Shown: positions 27,092-38,501 of the stretch, piece by piece | Numbering within the stretch: the first letter of the stretch is position 1 | Layout of the letters: every line of letters starts with the position of its first letter | Assembly: GCA_050273025.1 (NCBI GenBank) | Contig: CP158635.1 | Coordinates: forward strand, 15,190,001-15,254,000 | DNA from: Cenococcum geophilum | Taxonomy: Eukaryota | DNA: 64,000 nt | Direction: 5' to 3' | Notes under the pieces: generated by a model | Told to the model about the DNA's origin: nothing | The model's database searches: none | What the model saw: only the letters and a program-made list of their open reading frames with translations | Translations under genes and position numbers: made by a program

Positions 27092-27429
27092 TATATCTTA
27101 TAAGTAACGCCCTTATATCTCGTATATAAAGTATTTTTATACTTACTTTCTAATAAAGCTTAACTATAAAAGAGAGTGCTAAAGCAGCTCTAGATGCTAT
27201 AAAGGTTTTATTTATAGGCGTTTTAAATTACCAATTATATTCTATACGAAACCTCTACTATTTTAATTATATTAGATTATAGATTTTATATTATACTTGC
27301 CTTTAGAGGCGCTTTATAAACTTTTTCTTAATAAAAGTACCGCGTTTAAATCTATGGTAATAAGATATATTAGGCGCGGTGGAAAGAAGGTAAAATAGGT
27401 AAGATTTAGACTAGTTATAACTTCCTATA

Positions 27430-27740
27430 GACTATTATTCTCTAGATATAACCATTTGTTAAACTAGTTATTCTCTAAATATAACTGCTTTAGACGTAGC
27501 TATTCTAGATTTAGCTATTAGATATAGCGTTCTTACTTTTTAAATATAACTATTCTCTAAATATAGCTATTCTTTAAATATAGCTATTCTCTAGTAGTTA
27601 TTCTTTAGATATAGCTACCCTCTATATAGCTATTCTCTAAATATAGTTCTCCTATTTAGCGCTGCTAAGAGGACCGGCCATTTTAGGCCAATTAGGCATC
27701 CGATAATTCTTTAAATATAGCTACTCTCTAGACGTAACTA
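27430..27740. repeat. Degenerate ~17-bp tandem repeat (TATAGCTATTCTCTAAA-like)
   Basis: Repeated tagctattctcta units, clearest at 27540-27650. Confidence 0.7.
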
Positions 27741-28153
27741 GGATCCCTTAACTACGGTTAGCTAAAAATAGAGGGTCCTAGAATTAAGTTCTAAGGATAA
27801 TATTTAAAGCCTAGTAAAAACTTATATAAGTTATAATAAATAACCTATTCTCCTATAGCAAATATTATTAAATAGGCTATATCCCTTTAAACGTCGGCGT
27901 CTAACCTTATTAATAAGATAATGGGTCTATATATAACACTAAAAGTTCGTTAATCTAGGGTTCCTTATTAGGTAAAATCTTATTAATAACGTTAAATATA
28001 ACTTAACGTTTAAAGGGATAGATATATAAAAGGTATAATTCCTTAAGTATAAACGAAGATTCGTAGTAGAGAAGAGAATTAAGTATAGAGGTATTGCTAG
28101 TGTTAATCTCGAAGTGCTATATCTTGTATATAAAAAGGATACAGGAAATATAG

Positions 28154-28340
28154 TGTCACGGCACTGACCTGACACGTTGTTATAACTCAGTGTTGTCATG
28201 ACACGAGCACAGACCTGACCCCTAAGCGACGTGTATATATACCGCCTCACCTCCTACATAGATCCTCACACGACATCGTTTGTCAATCATATACAGTCAC
28301 CTCGTACATCGTACCTTGACAGTCCGCACGTACTGTGACA
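28154..28340. mobile_element. Solo LTR (187 bp)
   Basis: TGTCAC…GTGACA termini with TATAG 5-bp TSD; retains CpA/TpG, unlike its flanks. Confidence 0.9.
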
Positions 28341-30280
28341 TATAGCGAGACTTAAGAATTTCTTCTAGAAGAATAGTTGCGATCGCCTAGATATTTAAAA
28401 TTATCTTTCTACTGTTATTAATTAGGAGCAGCTTAACGGCCATTTAACTTTTAAAAACTATTTTTTTTAGTAATATAGTATCTGCAAATATGGAGTCTCT
28501 AGATTAATTAGATATCTTACTTACTATAGCTTTTATTATAAAGCGATTCCGCCTAATTAGATTAGTAGAAGCTTATATAGAGCTAAAATAAAATTACCGG
28601 CTTTAGCCAGTCCGGTAAACTAGATATTAATAAAATTAAGAGCGAATATTGGAATTAAGTTATTGCGGCTAAGCTGCTTTTCGCGCTTTAGACGATATAC
28701 TATCCTAGGCATATCCTAAATTTATAAGGTATATAGTTAAGCATAATAAACGACTGACCACCCTAAAAGGCACTAGTATCCTTACTTTTAGTTCTAACTA
28801 ATAGTAATTTTAGTATTTATAACCGCGAGTAAGCTTCCTTCCTACTAGTAGAATCTACACTAGGCTAACTTCCTATAGTATTAAAAGACTTCCTATAGAT
28901 AATTTTAAATTGCTTATTAATATTTTAGATAAAGAATGTGGTAGTTTTCTCTATAAATACAGCGAATAAATGACTTACTTTCTTAATCTCCTCTTAGGAC
29001 TAATTCTAAAGAGAAAATATGTACTTAAGGATACGGACAGATTCCTTATAAAGGAGGAGCTATTTAACTTGCTAGGTTTAATATAATACTTAAAACTAGA
29101 TAGGTAAATATTAGTGTAGATTTTTGCAATATATAGGGATGTGTTAATTATATATATAGATTATTACTGTTAATATATAATTATATAGGATAGTACTAAG
29201 CCACCGGGACGTATTTAAAGAACTTACTTTATACCTTAAAAGCGTATATATATATAAATATATATTCTGCTTAAATTAATAGTATTCCAGCTACTAGTAG
29301 TCACGGTAAGTTATAAAGGTTATCTATAATAACCGTCTGGTTTAGGCATTATAAGTAGCTATACTATTAGCGCTGCGCTTGGTAGATAATATAAGGAAGA
29401 TTACTAAATATTTAGTAGCATTTATATTGCTATATAAGGTGTAGGCGATATATAAATAGCACTACTACTAGTTATAGCGACTAGTATATAGTTTTAAACC
29501 TATATTATAAAGATTTACTTACGGTTTTATTGCTTTCTAAATATCCTAGTTATAGTATATATAGCCAATTATACGGTTAAATAAGGAAGCTAAAGGGTTA
29601 AGGTAATAGCTCTTTAGCCCTACCCTAAGTATTATAAAAAAGAATAAATATAACATTGTTTATTATATATAAGGCGTATACCAGAATTATAGGCTTAATT
29701 ATATTAGCGCTTAGGTTATTTAGAACGTGGTTTATAAATAATATTTAGTATATTAAAAATACACTTATATATTTATAAAAGTTAAGTAAGATTCTAATAA
29801 TACAGAACTTAAAATTAGCTAAACTTAGTATAAATTTATATATTAACTATACTAATTTAGCTAAAACTCTGTTTACTAGTGTTATAAAAGCTTTAATTAT
29901 CTCTAAAAAGCGTAATAAGTTAGGGAGCTTAGGTAAAGATTTTTTAGTTAGTTGGTGTAAGGCGTTAAAGGTGCGTCTATAAAGCTTAAAGGCGGCGTAA
30001 TATATTAATATTTTTCTTAAGGAGGCTGCGCAGTAGATATAGCCGTGTGTTATGCTATAGGAAGGTCTGTATTATAAAGTTAGCGGTAGTAGTTATGAGA
30101 ACTGGTTAAGGTTCCCGCAGGCTTTAATCGACTTAGTAACTGCAACACGCTAAACAGCCGAGCAGCACGCAATAGCGTTGGCGGCAGTGCTTCACCGCCA
30201 CCACGCCACACTTGAGAGTGTCAGTTCCTACGCCAACCAGCTGCCCGTTTACTCTACGTTCTCCATCCCTCGATCTCGAC

Positions 30281-30349
30281 AAGTACCTCCTCGACGAAAG
30301 AGTAGCCGGTGCGGGTCGGCCGCCCTCCCTACTAGCGTTGGCAAACTGC
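30281..30349 (+). repeat. Dispersed motif, copy 2 (upstream of the HET gene)
   Basis: GCGGGTCGGCCGCCCTCCCTACTAGCGTTGGCAAACTGC at 30311-30349. Confidence 0.8.
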
Positions 30350-30817
30350 AGAGGTTCGCACAAGTTTCGCGTACTTGAGGCACCGCCGTTTTTCCTGCAC
30401 CCAAGCGCCACGGGGAAAGATTAACTCGAGTTTGATTGAACTTCTTTCACGCTAGATAGAAGGCCTTGGAAATTCAGACTCGGCACCTGCATTCTCAGCA
30501 GCCCCCCCGAAGAGCTGGGAAAGAATGGGTGATAAACGGGCATACTCAACAAGTTGGTGAACTAGGTCAGGAAAAAAAAAGTAACTCTGGCAAGGGAAAG
30601 GCAACTTTAGTCGGGCTGTAGTGGGTTTTAACATAAAATGGCGTCCCCGCTCCCACTCATTACATATTCGAGCTTTCTGCCTCAAAATCGTACATCTGCT
30701 CCAGTAATAAATTCAACCCTAACAGCCACATGGCCAGAAAATAACTTTCAACCCCCCTAAAGCTCAGCACGAATTCCTCTCGGCCTGCTCCGCACCAGCA
30801 CAGCCTGTCCCCGCCGG

Positions 30818-33448
30818 ATGGACCAAGCAGACTCCCAGGCTAACGTCGAGCAATTTGCCTACGACTCCCTCCCAAACCCCTCTTCTATTCGTCTTCTCCG
30901 CCGCGACGGCAGAGATTCATCCGGCCGCTTGAGCTTCTTCCTCGATACTGTCGACCTGCACGACCAACCCTACTATCATTGCTTGTCGTACACATGGGGT
31001 AACCCGCACGCCGACGGAAGCCTTTTTGGGACGTACTTCCAACAGCGTGCTCCCGAATATGGGCCAGGCCGGTCGTACCCGGTCATCATCAATGGCAAAC
31101 TTCTCAATATTGGCAAGAACCTGCACGATGCTATGGAGCAGCTGCCCAAGGATTGCTGGGCTAACCGAGTGAAGCGTGTATACAAGCACTTGGACGGCAG
31201 GCTTACAATCCATATTGCCGCGAAACTTGGTTCCCAGGCGGTGCTTCGGTCGCATCTTCAGCACGGGGCAGACGCATCAGCTAGGGATGCGGGCGGAAAA
31301 ACACCGGTGCATTATGCGGCGATGTATGGACATTTAGCGGCCGTGAAGGAGCTGGTTAGTGCTAGAGCGGATGTTACGATTAAGGATAATAAGGGGAAGA
31401 TGCCTATTGCCTATGCTTGGGAGAACAAGAACGAAGAGATAGTACATTACCTTGTGAAGTGCATGATGCCTGATTTTAGGGCAACAACAAGAGAGGCGAG
31501 CACGATAAGCAAGTCGTTCGACGATCTCACCTGGATCGATGCAATCTGTATAAACCAGCAGGATGTGGGGGAACGCAACGCACAAGTCGCCATAATGGAC
31601 CGAATCTACGAGAGAGCGGGATACGTACTCGCGTGGCTTGGGGATGAGGATCCTAGTACAGCAACAGGAGTTGAGACACTACAGAAAATATCGGCTGCTG
31701 GTGACGCGATTAAAAGTTGCCGTATTATACCGTACCAAACATGCGATCCGGCGGAGTATGAAAGGGAGGGAACACCACCCATTTCCATGTTTGAGTGGAA
31801 TTCACTCGCGGCAATATTCGCGCGGCAATGGTTCCGACGAATCTGGATTGTCCAAGAGTTTGTCTTTGCCACCGACCTGATTGCTTACTGCGGCAAGCAT
31901 GAGATTCTTTTCTCCGATGTCTCCAGAGTGTGCGATGTACTTACGACCCTGTACCGTAAACTTGGTTATGAGTCCTCGCAGAGATATGTTCCCCTCGACC
32001 AGGTTGCAACTAGCCTAGAGTATTTCTACGAGATGCTGCAGAAAATCAGAGACGAGCGGATCGGACTAGCTAACCGCTTCACACGAGAAAATGGTAGGCC
32101 CTTTGGGAGTCTCTTTTCATTGCCGAATCTGGTTACAACGACGTTCCCATTTCATGCAACGGATCCACGGGACAAGATCTTTTCTCTAGCTGCACTCTTA
32201 ACACTGGGCCCAAATCCCCAATCTGCTTTCCGTCCAGATTACTCTAGGCCAGTACAGGTATGCTACACCTGGGCCACGGCGGAAATAATAATGCAAACCG
32301 GAAATCTGGGCGTTCTGGCTTGGGTTCAGGATGCCGCGCATAAGCTCCTCTCAAACTTACCTACATGGGTCCCCGACTACAGTCGTCGAGGCACGAGTCC
32401 CCTTCCTTCATCCTATTTCAACGTCTTTCCGACCCCGCGGCAAAACCCCGTCCGCTTAGACCCCCCCGGATCGCCTGGCAATTTCACACTGGGCCTGGCT
32501 GGATTCGAATGGGATACTGTGGAGCTGGTCGCAGGCCCAAGGCAACCTAAATTCAAACTCGACGCTAGCTGGTTTAATCTCGCTCTCCACTTGCGTATAA
32601 CGTACCATACCGGCCAACCCCGTAGCGAAGTCCTTTGGCGCACTCTCTGCGCTGACCAAGACATCCACAAAATACACCCCGCACCTGCCAACCTGCAGCA
32701 CTCGTTCAAGAGCCTGATATGCGCGCTGATATGCGAAAACGCTGAGAAGCGTCTTGATTCTTGCCTCTCTTTGGCATCTGGAGCGGCCCAAATCGCCAAT
32801 CGCCTAGATGGGCGCGTTAACGAGAATAATCATGGTGCCGTGGTGCGCATCTCCAACATACAAACTCAACTGCGGGAGAAAACCCGGCTGGACAGCGACT
32901 GGTTTAACCCCGTGCGTAGCAGTCTGCAAGACTTGCTCTTGTTGAGTCTCACTGAATCTCCCTCTGCGACGTCAAGAAGTCATACGCCATCGCTGCGTGA
33001 GATTGAGCAGTTCTTCCAAACTGCCCAGACAAGGTTAGCGCCAGAGGCTTCCGTGACCCTCGAGGAGTCTTCGCAAACCTACTTTATGAGGACACAATCT
33101 TATGAAGATAGGCCTGAGGAAACCACGGAGGCTATCTCTGCGCAGTCTAAGGGTCCCTTCGCGTTGGCGTATAGTCATGTTTACGGTGGAAGGCGATTGT
33201 TTATAACGAGTAAGAAGTATCTTGGACTTGGGCCGGAGTCGCTGAAGGTGGGAGATTCCATATTCCTGCTTTCTGGGGGAAAGATGCCGCTTATTCTCCG
33301 CCCAATTGTAGTAGGTGAGAGACCGGACAGGGGTGGACGAAACTTTCACCTTGTTGGCGAGGCATATGTCCATGGCATTATGCATGGCGAAGCTGTTAGC
33401 TATGAAAATAATACTCAGCCGACAGTAGAAGAAGTTACCTTACTATAA
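30818..33448 (+). CDS. HET-6-like heterokaryon incompatibility protein with ankyrin repeats inserted in the HET domain (876 aa)
   Basis: Intact GC-balanced ORF. HET motifs SIRLL, CLSYTWG, WIDAICINQ-D-ERNAQV-IM-IY, WF-RIWIVQE, ATDPRDKIF and LPTWVPDY, with a HET-6-type C-terminus (GRRLFIT…LGLGP…LVGEAYVHGIMHGE). Ankyrin repeats at aa ~126-213 (GKTPVHYAAMYGH…). Confidence 0.95.
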   Translation: MDQADSQANVEQFAYDSLPNPSSIRLLRRDGRDSSGRLSFFLDTVDLHDQPYYHCLSYTWGNPHADGSLFGTYFQQRAPEYGPGRSYPVIINGKLLNIGKNLHDAMEQLPKDCWANRVKRVYKHLDGRLTIHIAAKLGSQAVLRSHLQHGADASARDAGGKTPVHYAAMYGHLAAVKELVSARADVTIKDNKGKMPIAYAWENKNEEIVHYLVKCMMPDFRATTREASTISKSFDDLTWIDAICINQQDVGERNAQVAIMDRIYERAGYVLAWLGDEDPSTATGVETLQKISAAGDAIKSCRIIPYQTCDPAEYEREGTPPISMFEWNSLAAIFARQWFRRIWIVQEFVFATDLIAYCGKHEILFSDVSRVCDVLTTLYRKLGYESSQRYVPLDQVATSLEYFYEMLQKIRDERIGLANRFTRENGRPFGSLFSLPNLVTTTFPFHATDPRDKIFSLAALLTLGPNPQSAFRPDYSRPVQVCYTWATAEIIMQTGNLGVLAWVQDAAHKLLSNLPTWVPDYSRRGTSPLPSSYFNVFPTPRQNPVRLDPPGSPGNFTLGLAGFEWDTVELVAGPRQPKFKLDASWFNLALHLRITYHTGQPRSEVLWRTLCADQDIHKIHPAPANLQHSFKSLICALICENAEKRLDSCLSLASGAAQIANRLDGRVNENNHGAVVRISNIQTQLREKTRLDSDWFNPVRSSLQDLLLLSLTESPSATSRSHTPSLREIEQFFQTAQTRLAPEASVTLEESSQTYFMRTQSYEDRPEETTEAISAQSKGPFALAYSHVYGGRRLFITSKKYLGLGPESLKVGDSIFLLSGGKMPLILRPIVVGERPDRGGRNFHLVGEAYVHGIMHGEAVSYENNTQPTVEEVTLL

Positions 33449-33742
33449 AGGAGTACAATACGCAAATATATTTAGGTAGCTTGCTTACCTATCTCGTCTA
33501 AGAGGATGCACAGTTCTGCAGCGATATTGCGGGGCGAAATGCACAGCATCCCCAAATCCTGGTCCATGATTGCGTCATCGTGCGAACCTGACGGTGTTTA
33601 GTGGGGAATGGATCTGGACACGCTAACCGGCATACAAAAACCTCGCATTTACGTCCTAGTGCTGCAACGCCGAGGCTCATTCACCAACGTCGTAAGCACA
33701 TGAGTGGTATGTAACGGTAGTGAATGTGGTTTGGCAAGGAAT

Positions 33743-33807
33743 GTCGCCACCACAAGCAGGGAGGGCGGCCGACCCGCTCTGGCCATAGGGTTGTCGAGGT
33801 GGCGTTT
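33743..33807 (-). repeat. Dispersed motif, copy 3 (downstream of the HET gene, inverted)
   Basis: Reverse complement reads AAACGCCACCTCGACAACCCTATGGCCAGAGCGGGTCGGCCGCCCTCCCTGCTTG. Confidence 0.8.
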
Positions 33808-34305
33808 CCCAGACATTAGCGTGGTCGAAAAGACAGGACGTTTACACCCAAGCGAACAAGCCGATCACAATGAGCGAATCAATGGACACGCAGCTCTCAC
33901 AGTTGGCTTCTGAACTGGAGCTGGTACTCTAGCGCCAGAATGTATTTAGATGGCTCTTAGTAACTAAGATCCCTATGATAAACGTAAGGAGTGACAGAGT
34001 TTATTAATATTGTAGTCGCTTGCGAGAGGCAGTAGGAAACTATAGCATAGTACCGGCCATCTAGACCCTAAAGAATATGGATTCTCTACTTTATCTATTT
34101 TAGTGGATACATATGTAGAAGAGCACTTAAAAGAATAATTGAAGCGCTTTAATTGCTATAAAAGCTATATAATATAGATATACTTGGACTTACTATAAAG
34201 CGTTCTATCTTTCTTATTTTAAGAAGTAATTAGTTATTTTTAAGGACTTTTGGAAGTCTAACGTGCCGTAAATTTAAGAGCCCTAACTCCCCCATTACCT
34301 CAGCA

Positions 34306-34398
34306 AGCTCAGACGTAATTTCATTGGTGCGGATTTTCAATCGGTCCGCAAGCTGACTAACTACGTTTGTGCGAAACCACTGGAATCACGTCTGAGCT
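34306..34398. repeat. Inverted repeat / hairpin with 23-bp arms and an inner TGCGGA…TCCGCA stem
   Basis: AGCTCAGACGTAATTTCATTGGT (34306-34328) vs ACCACTGGAATCACGTCTGAGCT (34376-34398), 3 mismatches. Confidence 0.75.
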
Positions 34399-34949
34399 AT
34401 ATTTCCGAGGGTTCTTACGCGTTCTAATAATATCCGCGTTGCAGAGATTGCGGAGATTAAAATAACTCAACACTAATATTTTATATTACTTCCTAAAGTT
34501 TATCGATTATATAACAGAACCTAGGCTTTTAAAATATATAATTTTTATTACTTAGGTATTTTTAGGTCTTATAATCATTTTCGTTAAAAAAAAACGCGTT
34601 ATTAGGAATCCCGTAACTATATATAACTTTATTAAACGCTAGCTAATATATATAAAACCCGTATAGATTTATAATAGCTACCCTAAAGAACCTATTATAG
34701 CCTGGCGGACATATATAGTGTCCGCGTTATAGTATATAACACCTACTAAAACCTTATTACACGCTAATTACTAAGCTACGGATATCCGGTAAATTTACTA
34801 TATACCGCCACCAAAACCCGCTAGGTAGAGAGGGAAGAAGTTAAATAAGGTATTAGAACAGCCGCGGTTATATTAGGTGCCGGATAATTAAACTTAGAGG
34901 AGTTATAGAATAAACTAGGAGCGACGGCTATAGGACCTTTAAGATTAGC

Positions 34950-36900
34950 TTCTTACGCTTTACGGAGAGAGTAAGGCCTAGTAGCTAAGTAAGGTTAATA
35001 AGGCTATTACATTTTTATATCCGTATTATAGACGTATAGAGTAACTTAAAGCCCTTAGGTGGCTGCTATTTAAGAAAAAAGATATAATACTTATTATAAA
35101 AACCTTATTTAGTAAGAGTATAATAATATAAGTAATGCCATGTCTTCTTTAGGCCTTAGTAGTAATTATCATCTTACCACTTAATGCGATTAGCGTAGAG
35201 TAGAAGGTAAAGATTAAGGAGCTTCCTAAAATAAGGCCGGTTTATATATACGCTAAAATAATATTTATATATCTTTTACGGGAAATCCGCATTAGAGTAT
35301 ACACCTATATTTTAATATTGCCAGAGCTGTTAGTTAGTAAAAGGTTTTATAAAACTCTTACTAACCCTACCTTTTATATATATATTAGCTTAGTAGTAAT
35401 TAATAAGGTGCACCTTATAGCTAATTAGGGGGGGTTATTCCGGAATTTGTATATATAGCTATAGAAAGTACAGTCGTTATTAGGGCGGAAGCCTTAGTTT
35501 ACTTATACTGCAACGCCTAACAATATAATATTTAAGATTATTTAAGAGTTGGCGGGCTTTTAAAATAATATTAATATAGTATAGATATCGATTAACCGGC
35601 CGGATCTATTAATTATTAGAAAATACGTTAAGTAAGGAAATAAGAAGTCCTTTAAGAGCTTATACTTTATTATAGACCGCGCGTATACCGCTATATCCGC
35701 TAAGTAGAAAATCTAATATACGCTAACTCTCCACTAGATCTTAAAGATAATTATCTTTTTTAATTTAAAGGAACTAATATTACTAGGCAGGGACTTAATT
35801 TATTTATAGTTAGTATATTACAGGTACTAGAAAGCGTAGGCTAGAAGAGCTGTTTAGCTTTATTATATATTATTAGCTATTATAGATAAAGACAGACTAT
35901 ATAAGGAGTTTAGAAAGCCTAACTTAGAAATCTATATTTTACTCTCCTTTAACGCGCTTGCCCATAGCGCTAATATTCCTAATATTAACTATATCGCGTA
36001 GTATTGCATATATAAAGATAAGTCCGTCAACATAATATGGTAACAACTTAGACGTAGTGCTTATAGTAGTGGTTAAATAGGTAAGGCGATATTTCTAATT
36101 AAGGATTGGTATAAAGGTCTACGTAAGGATATTACTAGGCCAGCTAAAAATCGCGATTGTACTAAAGCCTTCCAATCTTAGCTAAGTTAACTTAGCCGTA
36201 AATATTATATTAAGCAATATATACTATAAGAGGACGGGGCTACTAATTTTACTAGTAATATATCTTTAAGAGTGTCTGTATATAGTAATGCTAATTCTAA
36301 TTTATCCGCATTTAATATAGGGTGAGAGCTTAGTCTAGGTAGAATATCCGTAGTTCTACCTATAGATATTCTACTAGGGAAGCTAGCGCGGCGCCTAAAG
36401 ACTAAAGCTAAAAAAAGAGTAGCTCTCTCCTATTATATATATGCTCTTATAAATAAGGAAAAGGGCTGCTTATAAAAGATTATATTAGAGAACTATAAGG
36501 AACAGTCTCCGTCTACTAGTAGCTAGGGTTATTACTTTAACTATAATCCTACTTTACGGGCTTTTAAAGAGTTTAATATCCGTAAGCTATATATAAAGGG
36601 GATTCTAAGGAAGATATAATAAAAGGCCTTTACTATAAGCATAAAAAACTGGTTCTGTAACTAGATAGAGAAGAAATATTAGTACGTTATTTAGAATCCG
36701 ACCTTAAGCTACATTATATCTAATAAGCAAATTAACGCCCTTTATAGCTGCGCCTAGTATATAACTAGCTACAAGGCGCTTAAGAAAAACCTACCTAATT
36801 AGAATTATAATTAGCTTAGTAATAATCTAGATAAGTTTATTACCTTTATTTAAGTAGAGGTAGAAAAGGCAAATTAGGCAGAAAGCTAGCTATTAGCGTT
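34950..36900 (+). pseudogene. RIP-inactivated RecQ-like SF2 helicase
   Basis: IIKTLFSKS (Walker A, AKTSFGKS-like, ~35096), ILPLNA, ILILPE, VVINKVHLIAN*GGLFRNLY (DExH…WG..FR..Y, ~35400), W*QLRRSA (motif VI, ~36040) and GCL*KII…YYFNYNP (Zn-binding C…CCxNC, ~36460-36550). Confidence 0.88.
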
Positions 36901-37289
36901 AGTAAGCAAATTAAAAAATAGCGTAGAGCGGATATTACCACGGTCTAGGGTAGTGGAGAGGCGTATAGTATTAGCAGCTTAACGTCCGTAAATATAAGTA
37001 GCTTAGCTACCTTAATCAATATCCACCGAAAATCTGCATACGGGGTAGCTAACACTATTACCTTCTTAGCCTATATCTAGTAGGAACACATAGCTAGCTA
37101 GCTTAAACTCTAGCTAGTAGAACACCTTTAGGCTAAGTATACTAATACCCTATAACGGATATTAGTCCTAGTAACACAACGGTTAGGTTTAGTTTTTAAT
37201 ATAGGGTAGATATCTAGGATTCTAAAGTCAGGCTAGGTATTAATAGCCCTAGGGTAATAATTAGCATTAGTTATTATTAGGTATTAAGT

Positions 37290-38020
37290 ATCGGCCTCTT
37301 AGATATTAGGGTCTATACTATAATAATAAATATTAACTCCCTATAGCTCCCAGATATCTAAGTCTATACTATAGTATTAGAAACCAGTCTTTAGGGTAGG
37401 CTAGGTATTATAGCTTATAAGGCAGCTCCGTACCTTAACCCTTAGAATAATCCGGATATTAGAGCTTATAGCGCAGTATTAAGTCTTAGCCCTTAGAGTA
37501 ATCCGGATATTAAAGCTTATAGCATAGCATTAAATCTAAATCCTTAGGGCAGGCTAAGTATTAGAGCTTACAGTATAATACTAAGTCTTAACTTTTAGAT
37601 AAGCCTAAGGTTTAATATTTATAACATAGCACTAGATCTCCAATTACGAAAATTTCTAAAGTTTAAGATTTATACTATAGCACCAGTTCCTAGGTAGTAG
37701 GAAATCTAGAAATTTAGAATTTATAACATAGTATTAAATCTCCGCTCTTAGAGAATCCTAAGGCTTAGGATTTAAGTTATAATACTAAATCTCCGCTTCT
37801 AGGAAACTCTAAGGCTTAGGGTTTATAGGCTAATACTTAATCTCCACCCTCTAAACTAGGCGTAGTTTAGAATTTACGTGCTAATACTCGATCCCCGCCT
37901 TCTAAATTAGGTGCGGCTTAGAATTTGCAGTCTAATATTTAATCTCCGCTCTTTAAACTAGGCATAGCTTAGAACCTACGGCCTAGTACTTAATCTCCGC
38001 CCTTAGCTTTAGATATAACG
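37290..38020. repeat. 51-bp (17-codon) degenerate tandem array, ~14 units
   Basis: AATCTCCGC-like anchors at ~37738, 37788, 37839, 37890, 37941 and 37992; TCCGGATATT at 37451 and 37502. Confidence 0.8.
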
Positions 38021-38501
38021 CAGCTTTAGTAGGTTAGTATTTAATATTCCTTAGTATTTTACTTATTTATTAATTTAACTAAGACTAGGGTAGAGCTCTA
38101 ATTAATATCTAGGTGTTAAGTATTAATCTCTATATATATATTTAAATGGTCTATTAGATTTTTATCTAGAAAGATATTAAGGTTTATACTAAAAGCTCCT
38201 AAAACCCGTAGAACCTATATTATATTAGCCATTTAGTTTAAGTGTCTTATAATCCTCTTAACTAGATATTATCCGTTCTTCTTAGGCTACTATACCTTAA
38301 GCCTTTTAGCCAATATTAGATCTACCTCGCAGTAAGAGAAAATAAAAGGATATATCTGCGTACTTTAAAAGTAAGAAATCCGCTTACTAAGTAAACCCAA
38401 TATCCGCTTATAACCCTTCTTTAGCACCTTAATTAAGCGGTAATTCTATATTAAAATGTTACTTTATAAGTTAACTAGACGGCGCCTACTTACTTTAATT
38501 A

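Noticed and set aside
30917..33385. Several short ORFs overlapping the HET gene on other frames or the opposite strand
   Set aside because: Shadow ORFs of a GC-balanced coding region with no recognisable motifs.
30398..33855. 10-bp direct repeat CACCCAAGCG on either side of the HET gene as a TSD
   Set aside because: One copy is inside and one outside the inverted motifs, with no adjacent TIRs; probably chance.
34950..36900. Telomere-linked helicase or host SGS1
   Set aside because: No telomeric repeat arrays in the window; motif style and pairing with a DUF6589-type gene fit an Academ helicase better.
37290..38020. CRISPR-like array
   Set aside because: Contiguous degenerate tandem units without unique spacers, in eukaryotic DNA with no cas genes.
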